Shown here: piece by piece, positions 1 to 6,628 of the stretch
Layout of the letters: each line of letters opens with the position of its first letter
Numbering within the stretch: the stretch's first letter is position 1
From: a virus
Taxonomy: Duplodnaviria; Caudoviricetes
Direction: 5' to 3' (one strand)
IMG/VR virus record: IMGVR_UViG_3300027828_000066
Span: 1 to 36,476 of that record
Length of the DNA: 36,476 nt
Notes under the pieces: generated by a model
The model's input: only the letters and a program-made list of their open reading frames with translations
The model's database searches: none
Told to the model about the DNA's origin: nothing
Made by a program: the position numbers and the translations under genes

Positions 1-2
1 TT

Positions 3-692
3 GATATTCAAACAGGAGTAAATGGAATATCGCTTTTTAATAATGCCGGTAGTAGAGTTTCCTTATCAGGAACTACCAATGGAAGAATGGTTGTTAATGT
101 GACTAAGAAGAACAAAATAACAACCTATGCAGAACCAACGACAAGAAAGTATGTTCTTGATGGTGTGACCGAAACGCATACTTTCCTTGATGCCACAAGC
201 ACTCTGCAAAATCAAAAGGTTTATTGGGAATGTATTAATGGTGGCGAATTATTATTTGCTACTGCTTCCGGTCAGGAAATCGGCGGTCTTGCTGCTTCTA
301 AATGGAATGGAGAGGGTAAAGGCTCAATGTCTGTTGATCCTGTAGCCGGTAATTATGCGGTTGAGAGTTATGATGATAGCGGTGAATCTTCAGGTATACT
401 TTGGAATAAAACAAAAAATGGAGATTTATTTCAATCTGGTAAAAGTTCAGTCTCTCCATCTTCAGAAAGTATAAAAGCGGTAGGAATTACAGTTCCCATT
501 ACTATGAGTGATTTTACTGCTCTAAAATGTACAGCAACACTTGAAGGCCTTGTTGGTGGTGCTCCGTGGTTTACTTATAGTGGTGTCGGTGGAAGTTCAA
601 CGAATGTTACTTTTAGATTTGCTGATAGAGATGGTACCGCAAGGACAGGAACAACAAACTTCAACTGGACACTACAAGAGAAATGGCAATAG
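3..692 (+). CDS. Tail fibre / receptor-binding protein, C-terminal part (5'-truncated by the window)
   Basis: The frame is open from position 3, upstream of the track's ATG at 87. The product is Gly/Ser/Thr-rich and beta-type, ends in a typical fibre tip (...FRFADRDG...TNFNWT), and lies directly before the lysis genes. Confidence 0.6.
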   Translation, partial: DIQTGVNGISLFNNAGSRVSLSGTTNGRMVVNVTKKNKITTYAEPTTRKYVLDGVTETHTFLDATSTLQNQKVYWECINGGELLFATASGQEIGGLAASKWNGEGKGSMSVDPVAGNYAVESYDDSGESSGILWNKTKNGDLFQSGKSSVSPSSESIKAVGITVPITMSDFTALKCTATLEGLVGGAPWFTYSGVGGSSTNVTFRFADRDGTARTGTTNFNWTLQEKWQ

Positions 693-737
693 ATAGTAAC
701 ATGGTTACTTTTAAATAAATGAGGAGAGGTTAAAATA

Positions 738-1475
738 GTGAAAGAGGTATGGTTAGGTTTTACAACATTGAATTCTCAGATACAGACATTGATAATCATA
801 TTGGTGGTTCTACTTGTAATATACCTGATAAAAAAGGGTGTTCTCGATTTGATATTGAAAAAGTTTTTAGGTAAAAAAGAAATCAAAGCTGATGTTAAAG
901 CCCATGAAGTCTGTCCTCATTTTCCTTCATTGGTATCGATGATGCGTGATGCAATGTACAAGAATATAAAAATCTATGCATTGAAAACGCAGGAAACTGT
1001 ATACGATCAAATGAATATTTTTGAAAATACACTGGACGATATAATCAAGATCAGGAAAAGTAACTATCTTACCCTGTATAAAACTGAGAAGAAAATTAAG
1101 ATTGATGGAATTCTCAATCACATACAGGTCAAATATTACATATCACTTTTGAAGGGTTCCCGTGATCCGCTGGAGGCAGTAGTTCTTAAGTACATGAAAG
1201 AGAATCACTTCCTTGAAAAAAGTGAGATCGAGTTCACTGTATACAAAGCTGAAAGGGGCGAGAAAATCCTACAGGAGTGGAACGAATATTTTGACGATGA
1301 ATACGATAGTGATGACTTTGACGTCTCCAGAGAAAAGCTGTATTTGTCTGATAAGGCATGTGATGATAAAATTATAGCAAAACTGAATCTGTTTTTTGAT
1401 AAGGCCCGGATGGTGTCAAAAGAGAATAATAAGAAAATCAAAAAATTAGAGGCAGAAATAAAACCTTTTATGTAG
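738..1475 (+). CDS. Membrane-anchored hypothetical protein (single N-terminal TM) in the lysis region
   Basis: GTG start after GAGGAG; hydrophobic stretch LIIILVVLLVIYLI followed by a charged helical domain. Confidence 0.65.
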   Translation: MKEVWLGFTTLNSQIQTLIIILVVLLVIYLIKKGVLDLILKKFLGKKEIKADVKAHEVCPHFPSLVSMMRDAMYKNIKIYALKTQETVYDQMNIFENTLDDIIKIRKSNYLTLYKTEKKIKIDGILNHIQVKYYISLLKGSRDPLEAVVLKYMKENHFLEKSEIEFTVYKAERGEKILQEWNEYFDDEYDSDDFDVSREKLYLSDKACDDKIIAKLNLFFDKARMVSKENNKKIKKLEAEIKPFM

Positions 1476-1485
1476 GAGACAATAT

Positions 1486-1950
1486 ATGATTTTACAAACG
1501 GACGAGTGGCTGAACAGGCATGAATTCCAGTACGGTAAAGGGGGCTGTGCTTTGTTCACAATGGCCCACTTCTCAATAGTTGAAGGTAAATATACCTTTG
1601 ACAGAGAAAGCTTCCTGAAGGACTGTAGGAACCTTCATTCAGCAGGAATACTGTGGAGGGATTGCACAATAAGGAACTGGGACAGATTAGCCCAGAACAT
1701 TGGACTACCCTTTCGGATCGTAATTGAAAACGGTACGCACATCCTGCCCCCGGATAGACCGTTAAAAGAAGATGAAGTTCAATTGCTATATTTATACAAT
1801 CCCCAAACAAATCTACATCATTTTGTCGAAGGTGATAGAAATGATTGTATAGGGTTTGATCCTCTGGGATTTTCTGTAACGTCTGAAGCATATAGACTGG
1901 GGCATGGATATATAGAATCAAAAAGAATTTTAAGGAGAATATCGAAATGA
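1486..1950 (+). CDS. DUF261-like / peptidase C39-like cysteine protease, candidate endolysin
   Basis: Pattern Q...GC...HF...DPLG (Gln, Cys, His, Asp of a papain-like fold) resembles the spirochete DUF261 family; it occupies the endolysin position next to the holin and spanins. Confidence 0.6.
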   Translation: MILQTDEWLNRHEFQYGKGGCALFTMAHFSIVEGKYTFDRESFLKDCRNLHSAGILWRDCTIRNWDRLAQNIGLPFRIVIENGTHILPPDRPLKEDEVQLLYLYNPQTNLHHFVEGDRNDCIGFDPLGFSVTSEAYRLGHGYIESKRILRRISK

Positions 1951-2339
1951 AACATGTAATTTTTGTATGGATACCATTGGTATTACTTTTCTTGTTTTTA
2001 CTGGCACCTTTATTCGTGATCTATCCGATCCCGTTTGCCGGGGCCATTATGCTGGCTGGATCTTCAATCACTTTATACGCAACTGGAAAAAGTTTCGGAG
2101 TATATCAAAGTGCGAAAGTAATGCCGACTGGTGAGGGTGTTTCCCCGGAGACTAAAAAGAAATTGCTTCAAATACTAATAGCAATTTATGTGATAATCAT
2201 AGAGGCCCTTATCATCCAGTATATTAAACCGGAGGCCACCCTACCCTTAGACGATCTATTTACAATGGCGGCGGTAGCTGCGGGTGTTTGTTTGGGTGGT
2301 GCTCAAGCTATGAAAGCCGGGGAACAGAGGACAGGATGA
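1947..2339 (+). CDS. Putative holin (3-4 TM segments)
   Basis: 130 aa, very hydrophobic, ATGA-coupled on both sides, between the peptidase and the spanin pair. Confidence 0.6.
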   Translation: MKHVIFVWIPLVLLFLFLLAPLFVIYPIPFAGAIMLAGSSITLYATGKSFGVYQSAKVMPTGEGVSPETKKKLLQILIAIYVIIIEALIIQYIKPEATLPLDDLFTMAAVAAGVCLGGAQAMKAGEQRTG

Positions 2340-2671
2340 AAGAGGGATTCATAATAATTGGTGTTGCTGTTCTGGTACTAGCCCTGCTGATCCTCTGGAT
2401 TGTACTGGTTACAAAGTCCCGGAACAAATACAAGAAAGAGACTTTGAAGCTCATAGACGCCTTGGCAACTGTCGAGGCTGACATGGAGAAGAAAGTCAAG
2501 AATGCTGAAGTGATTGCCATTGTGAATAAAAAAATGATGGTGAATAATCAAAACTCGAAAGAGTTACGGAAGGAAATCCGGGAGGCGAAATCTAATGCGG
2601 ATGCTAAAGCTGTGCTGGCTCATATTATTAACAATCGTAATCACAGGGTGCTGCAGCACACCAACAGTTGA
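2336..2671 (+). CDS. Putative i-spanin (Rz-like)
   Basis: The likely start is ATG 2336, overlapping the holin stop. N-terminal TM followed by a coiled coil; the 3' end overlaps a lipoprotein gene. Confidence 0.6.
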   Translation: MKEGFIIIGVAVLVLALLILWIVLVTKSRNKYKKETLKLIDALATVEADMEKKVKNAEVIAIVNKKMMVNNQNSKELRKEIREAKSNADAKAVLAHIINNRNHRVLQHTNS

Positions 2672-2867
2672 AATAAGCCCTACCAAACCCCCTCAGTACA
2701 CGTTCAACCCGATCCCGGTACTTGAACCCACTGAAGTACCGGGGGATTATCTGGAGGCCGCTGAGACGATTGCTATATACGATGCCCATGTAGAGGATCT
2801 TACGATTTGGATTGAAGGTGTTTTACAAGTCCTATCTGATCATGGGGCCGAAGTCATAATTCCATAA
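2595..2867 (+). CDS. Putative o-spanin lipoprotein (Rz1-like)
   Basis: Signal peptide with lipobox (IVITG-C), Pro-rich mature region, starts inside the i-spanin gene in another frame. Confidence 0.65.
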   Translation: MRMLKLCWLILLTIVITGCCSTPTVEISPTKPPQYTFNPIPVLEPTEVPGDYLEAAETIAIYDAHVEDLTIWIEGVLQVLSDHGAEVIIP

Positions 2868-2871
2868 ATGC

Positions 2872-2910
2872 TAGTTTCCGGGAGCCTGTAACTTCCCGGA
2901 AACTACTTTC
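2872..2910 (+). terminator. Hairpin terminator ending the lysis operon
   Basis: Perfect 12-bp stem TAGTTTCCGGGA (2872-2883) / TCCCGGAAACTA (2894-2905), followed by T-rich sequence. Confidence 0.7.
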
Positions 2911-2995
2911 ATTTACTTCTGTTTTACTTCACATTTACTTTATATATACTCTGGAAAGTACTTAAGTTTACTTAGACAGAACTTCTCAATAACTT
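2905..2995. repeat. Helically phased array of nine ACTT/ACTC motifs
   Basis: Motif starts at 2905, 2915, 2926, 2937, 2948, 2960, 2970, 2981, 2992 (spacings 10, 11, 11, 11, 12, 10, 11, 11). Confidence 0.75.
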
Positions 2996-3002
2996 CTAAA
3001 AA

Positions 3003-3060
3003 TAACTATTGACATAACTTTCTCATAATGCGATAATTCAAGTATCAAGAGTTACAAGGG
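3003..3060 (+). promoter_or_regulatory. Class I (sigma70-type, early) promoter with conserved leader, copy 1
   Basis: TTGACA 3009-3014, 17 bp, TGc-GATAAT 3032-3037, then ATCAAGAGTTACAAGGG 3044-3060. Confidence 0.9.
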
Positions 3061-3069
3061 AGTTATTAG

Positions 3070-3360
3070 ATGGAAGAAATTTTTCTAGTCACACAATCCA
3101 CAAAAGAAAGTTCAGGACGTAAAGTTGTATCGATTGAATACACAGTTGCAATTACGCCTGATGATGCCAGAGAGTTTGCAGGATATGGGGAGCACCCGGA
3201 CGATTTAGCTTTAGTATTAAAAAAAGTTGATGAATTCTTAGCTGGAGATCGTAAATATTTCCAGAGTAATTTCCCAAATAAATATGCAGTCAAATGTGAA
3301 GTACAGAGAAATGCAATGTTACAGATTTACGAGATCGTCAGAACGATGAAGGAAGGGTAA
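3070..3360 (+). CDS. Hypothetical early protein
   Basis: ORF with GGGAG RBS directly downstream of a class I promoter. Confidence 0.75.
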   Translation: MEEIFLVTQSTKESSGRKVVSIEYTVAITPDDAREFAGYGEHPDDLALVLKKVDEFLAGDRKYFQSNFPNKYAVKCEVQRNAMLQIYEIVRTMKEG

Positions 3361-3361
3361 A

Positions 3362-3823
3362 ATGGAAAAGAGACCTGTTGATGAAATGAGTTTTGAAGAA
3401 TTTATAATAAAAATGGAAGAGTGTGGAATCGAAACAAAAAATATGAAAGAGGTAGCTCGGGTATACACCGCAGAGGAATGGTTCGATTCTCAAGATGCAA
3501 AAGATTTTTATAAGTGTTATGAAAATGTTCTATCCGATGAGAAATACCGGTTTAAACGGAACAGCTTAGGTATGGAAAATCAGAAATATTATATCATGGC
3601 TGAGCAAGCATATGGAAATCCAATTGTTTATCACTATTATGAATTAGATGGTGTTAGGCGATTAGCGACACAGCATGTTTCATTTTCCTGTATACATGAT
3701 GGAGGTTGCCATCAAGCTTACATTCTTCTTGATAGAGCTATAGAAATAGTGACTAGAAATTGGGCAAATACGAAAGAGAATTGGAACGCATTTAAGAAAA
3801 GGCATACCATAATTTATAGATAA
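3362..3823 (+). CDS. Hypothetical early protein
   Basis: Tightly packed ORF followed by a terminator. Confidence 0.75.
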   Translation: MEKRPVDEMSFEEFIIKMEECGIETKNMKEVARVYTAEEWFDSQDAKDFYKCYENVLSDEKYRFKRNSLGMENQKYYIMAEQAYGNPIVYHYYELDGVRRLATQHVSFSCIHDGGCHQAYILLDRAIEIVTRNWANTKENWNAFKKRHTIIYR

Positions 3824-3824
3824 A

Positions 3825-3853
3825 TTGCAAATCAAACCTATCTATGCTAAATT
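3825..3853 (+). promoter_or_regulatory. Probable sigma70 promoter for the initiator leader
   Basis: TTGCAA 3825-3830, 17 bp, TGc-TAAATT 3848-3853; overlaps the terminator hairpin. Confidence 0.5.
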
Positions 3854-3869
3854 GTAGATAGGTTTTTTT
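3834..3869 (+). terminator. Rho-independent terminator
   Basis: AAACCTATCTA / TAGATAGGTTT stem followed by a T run. Confidence 0.75.
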
Positions 3870-3934
3870 AATCTATTCTGGAGTGGAACCCGGAATTGTC
3901 GATAAAAGTGGCAGAATAAAAACGGAGTATTAAG

Positions 3935-4013
3935 AGCATTTTGAGGGTGTATTATTCCTTTCCGTTTTGGGGAATGATGCAGGGAGCTTCCAACTCCTTC
4001 CCCTCAAAATGCT
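3935..4013 (+). ncRNA. C4-antisense-like three-way-junction RNA in the initiator leader
   Basis: 13-bp outer stem (3935-3947/4001-4013) enclosing two hairpins whose loops (TCCGTTTT; TTCCA) are complementary to upstream sites AAAACGGA (3919-3926) and TGGAA (3884-3888). Confidence 0.65.
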
Positions 4014-4045
4014 TTTTCTATTTCCGTATAGGAGAAACAGAAACT

Positions 4046-5425
4046 ATGATGTATCAATTTTCAATTGAATTAGCAGTTGAACGGGGTATTGAGGAAGCTA
4101 TCATTTTTCAGAATATTTATTTCTGGTGTAAGAAAAATGAAGCTAATGGAAAGAACTTTCACGAGGGGAAATACTGGACATACAATAGTGCCAGTGCTTT
4201 CTGTAAATTATTTCCATTTTGGAATCAGGACAAAATAAGAAGACTATTAAATAAGATGTCAGAAGATGGGATCTTATACAGAAGTAGATTCAATCAATTA
4301 CCTACAGATAGAACTTACTGGTATTCTTGCAATTTGCATTATGGATTTTTCCATAATGGAGGAATCCATAATGGAAGTGGAGAAAAACCACAATCTTATA
4401 ATACAGATGTAAACAATACAGATAATACACTTAGAGAGAAGACAGATGAAGAAGTACCTAAAGGTACTAATAGGGATTCTGGCGAATCCCGGCAGGATCA
4501 GGGTAATTCTACTGAACATAGAAGTAAGAGAAGATCTAATCAACCTGAACAAAAGAAGTATTCAACTAAGGATAATCTTTTACCTGATACCGAGGTGTGG
4601 CATCGGTTCGCGCCGGAGCTGTACAACTGGAACCAGAGATTTAAAAACATGTCGAATATGCGGTTCCCGAAAAAGTTTGAACCGGAGGCACCCGCTTCCC
4701 CGCGATCATTCCCTGATCTAACAAAGAAAGTCCCGGAACTGGCGTTGGCATTAGATGCAATTATAAAGGGGAAATTCTTTACCCATTTTGCCTATGCTTC
4801 ACAGTCTGAAGTAAAAGGGAAATACCCTGCTCTGATAAATAAGCTCAGGTTATCTGGGAACATTACACTCCCGGAGATAACAGCAGCACTGGAGCTGTAT
4901 CAGGATCTTTTCATAGAGGGTAATTTTCCCCCGGACAAAAAGATCTTAACTAAGGATTTGAGTACATGGCTTTTCAACTTCAGAACTAAGAAGAGCTGGT
5001 TTCTGTACTGCCTCAATTCTGTAGTGACTGGGCACCGGGATTTCCAGACTGCTGAAATAGAATTGTCTGATCACTCGAAAGAGATCATCAATAACCTTTC
5101 TGAAATGTTTCCAGAATCTGAGACAAAGCTACATGAGATATTTGCTCACTGGTGGTCGTGGATGCAGCCGAGGGTCGTCGAAGCAGCTAATATGAATACA
5201 ACATCCAACGAGGAGAAAATAAGCCACTGGGGACACCTCATTGATGACTCAGCCCCATGGATTGAAGAGTATACAGATTTTCTATGGGATAAACGAGAGG
5301 GAGATATTGCCGGGGAATTTATCAAGGGCGGTTCCAAGTGGGCTATAGGATTTATACGAAACAGAATGTACAGGGAAGATGAGCAATGGTATCTCTCTCC
5401 TGAAGAACTTTCAAAAAGTTATTAA
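4046..5425 (+). CDS. Phage replication initiator / replisome organiser (N-terminal winged helix)
   Basis: N-terminal ...EAIIFQNIYFW...N...HEGKYWTYNS...FPFW...IRRLL...DRTYWY is the common phage initiator wHTH pattern. The start is placed at ATG 4046 or 4049 after AGGAG, because the upstream TTG extension lies in the RNA stem. Confidence 0.75.
   Translation: MMYQFSIELAVERGIEEAIIFQNIYFWCKKNEANGKNFHEGKYWTYNSASAFCKLFPFWNQDKIRRLLNKMSEDGILYRSRFNQLPTDRTYWYSCNLHYGFFHNGGIHNGSGEKPQSYNTDVNNTDNTLREKTDEEVPKGTNRDSGESRQDQGNSTEHRSKRRSNQPEQKKYSTKDNLLPDTEVWHRFAPELYNWNQRFKNMSNMRFPKKFEPEAPASPRSFPDLTKKVPELALALDAIIKGKFFTHFAYASQSEVKGKYPALINKLRLSGNITLPEITAALELYQDLFIEGNFPPDKKILTKDLSTWLFNFRTKKSWFLYCLNSVVTGHRDFQTAEIELSDHSKEIINNLSEMFPESETKLHEIFAHWWSWMQPRVVEAANMNTTSNEEKISHWGHLIDDSAPWIEEYTDFLWDKREGDIAGEFIKGGSKWAIGFIRNRMYREDEQWYLSPEELSKSY
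4336..4375. repeat. Three iteron-like palindromic repeats, 15-bp period
   Basis: GCATTATGGA (4336-4345), TCCATAATGGA (4350-4360), TCCATAATGGA (4365-4375), just after the wHTH-coding part. Confidence 0.6.
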
Positions 5426-5431
5426 AATTTT

Positions 5432-5459
5432 GTACCAGATAGCGTATAATACCTGTAAC
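5432..5459 (+). promoter_or_regulatory. Class II promoter (GTACCA-N17-GTAAC)
   Basis: One of seven copies with exactly 17-bp spacing; intergenic. Confidence 0.7.
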
Positions 5460-5513
5460 TTAGATAACTATATCATAAGTAAGAAGACACAAGTTTAAGG
5501 CAGGAGGCACAAC

Positions 5514-5825
5514 ATGAAGTGTGGTAGTTTGTTATTGTCCTGTGTACTGTTAATAGTTTTAGCGATTCCACTATTTGCAGACCAGACCTTGGTTAACCCC
5601 GTAGGTGAATTTTCAGCAATCAGTACTATCAATACAGAGGAGGTACCATTTCACGAACAAGAATTGATCGATAGTAATATTCCAATTCTTGCCGTGGGTA
5701 TTAACAAGAGGTACCTACCAGATAGCGGAAAGTCGCGGCAGTCCGTACTTATTGAAAAGACTGTAGTGAAGGTAGCCACTAATGGATATGGAGGTGTTCG
5801 CCGGATTAAATCCGGTAGACATTAA
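5514..5825 (+). CDS. Small exported protein (signal peptide)
   Basis: AGGAGG RBS; MKCGSLLLSCVLLIVLAIPLFA-D looks like a Sec signal peptide; has its own promoter and terminator. Confidence 0.7.
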   Translation: MKCGSLLLSCVLLIVLAIPLFADQTLVNPVGEFSAISTINTEEVPFHEQELIDSNIPILAVGINKRYLPDSGKSRQSVLIEKTVVKVATNGYGGVRRIKSGRH

Positions 5826-5931
5826 CCTTTAACCATTGAATAGATATTGCAATTAGAATAGCAGGTCTGTAGATCTGCTTGCCGTATAAGTGACAATAAT
5901 GCCCTCATCTCAAGGGTAGTTACAGGTATTC

Positions 5932-5959
5932 AAGACTCCTTAACCGGGAGTCTTTTTTT
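5932..5959 (+). terminator. Rho-independent terminator
   Basis: AAGACTCCT / GGGAGTCTT stem plus T run. Confidence 0.85.
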
Positions 5960-5969
5960 ATTTTAATTT

Positions 5970-5997
5970 GTACCAGAACACAGGTATTCCCCGTATA
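5970..5997 (+). promoter_or_regulatory. Class II promoter (GTACCA-N17-GTATA)
   Basis: Consensus match immediately after a terminator; followed by TTTAGTACAG, as in the 6198 copy. Confidence 0.8.
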
Positions 5998-6002
5998 TTT
6001 AG

Positions 6003-6187
6003 TACAGGCGCACAAAACCAAAAGCGTGCGTACTACTAATATGACGATTAGTAAAAATAGAAAGGAGGTACCTGTCGGTTAATCAAATTAAAAATTATTT
6101 TGAAAAGATAAAAAAGGATTAACCCCGAAAAGGTTAATCCAAACCTATTCCCCGGACATACCACTCTGGGGATTTTTAATTTTTTTT
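6003..6187 (+). ncRNA. Putative small structured RNA 1
   Basis: Bounded by a class II promoter and a terminator (6149-6187). Hairpins at 6009-6030, 6034-6053 and 6116-6140; no ORF with a usable RBS. Confidence 0.55.
6149..6187 (+). terminator. Rho-independent terminator
   Basis: TCCCCGGA / TCTGGGGA stem plus T runs. Confidence 0.75.
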
Positions 6188-6197
6188 AAAAAAGTGG

Positions 6198-6225
6198 GTA
6201 CCAGAAGAAACGATTATGGTGTATA
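6198..6225 (+). promoter_or_regulatory. Class II promoter (GTACCA-N17-GTATA)
   Basis: Consensus match immediately after a terminator. Confidence 0.8.
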
Positions 6226-6230
6226 TTTAG

Positions 6231-6406
6231 TACAGAGTATGAATGGTTCAGCAGGGTTCGATTCCCTACCATGCTATCAAGTCCCCAACACACGTTGGGC
6301 CTTGTGACTCAAACGCCGGAGTGATGCCCGGACGGAGGCTATCCGATAAGTATTCCCTTCCCAGAGATAACTTAAAATAGTAAACCACCTTCACGGGTGG
6401 TTTTTT
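6231..6406 (+). ncRNA. Putative small structured RNA 2 with a tRNA-like T-arm domain
   Basis: AGGG-TTCGATT-CCCT T-arm (6253-6267) stacked on AGTATG/CATGCT (6236-6241/6270-6275); further hairpins such as CCCAAC/GTTGGG (6284-6299); ends in a terminator. Confidence 0.55.
6382..6406 (+). terminator. Rho-independent terminator
   Basis: AAACCACCT / GGGTGGTTT stem plus T run. Confidence 0.8.
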
Positions 6407-6409
6407 ATC

Positions 6410-6488
6410 GGGGGATTAGCTTAAATGGCTAAAGCTCGGGCTTGTAAACAACATGCCTGGATTACTGGTTCAAGTCCAGTATCCCCCA
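6410..6488 (+). tRNA. tRNA-like gene with an enlarged 13-nt anticodon loop (identity uncertain; Tyr-GTA by position)
   Basis: Acceptor GGGGGAT/ATCCCCC plus discriminator A; D-arm GCTT-AAATGGCTA-AAGC; anticodon stem CGGGC/GCCTG with loop TTGTAAACAACAT; T-arm ACTGG-TTCAAGT-CCAGT; CCA not encoded. Confidence 0.8.
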
Positions 6489-6526
6489 ATAGGGCCAGAT
6501 TTCTCATCGGAACCCATTGCGACTTT

Positions 6527-6557
6527 TCCCCTCCTTAACCAGAGGGGATTTTTTTTT
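6527..6557 (+). terminator. Rho-independent terminator
   Basis: TCCCCTC / GAGGGGA stem plus T9. Confidence 0.85.
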
Positions 6558-6568
6558 CTAAAAAGTTT

Positions 6569-6596
6569 GTACCAGAATCCCCTAAAAGACCGTATC
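6569..6596 (+). promoter_or_regulatory. Class II promoter (GTACCA-N17-GTATC) for the recombination/replication operon
   Basis: Consensus match between a terminator and the AGGAGG RBS of the 6629 gene. Confidence 0.8.
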
Positions 6597-6628
6597 TTAT
6601 GTGACTACAAAATAAACAGGAGGCACAA

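Noticed and set aside
695-712. AGTAAC-ATG-GTTACT hairpin as a terminator or operator
   Set aside because: The stem is short and AT-rich, too weak to call.
2905-2995. CRISPR array or VNTR interpretation of the phased repeats
   Set aside because: The units are only 4-7 bp with a period of about 11 bp; there are no repeat/spacer units of CRISPR size and no cas genes.
3941-4045. N-terminal extension of the initiator from TTG 3941
   Set aside because: It lies inside the stable RNA junction and has no RBS; AGGAG precedes ATG 4046/4049, where the conserved domain begins.
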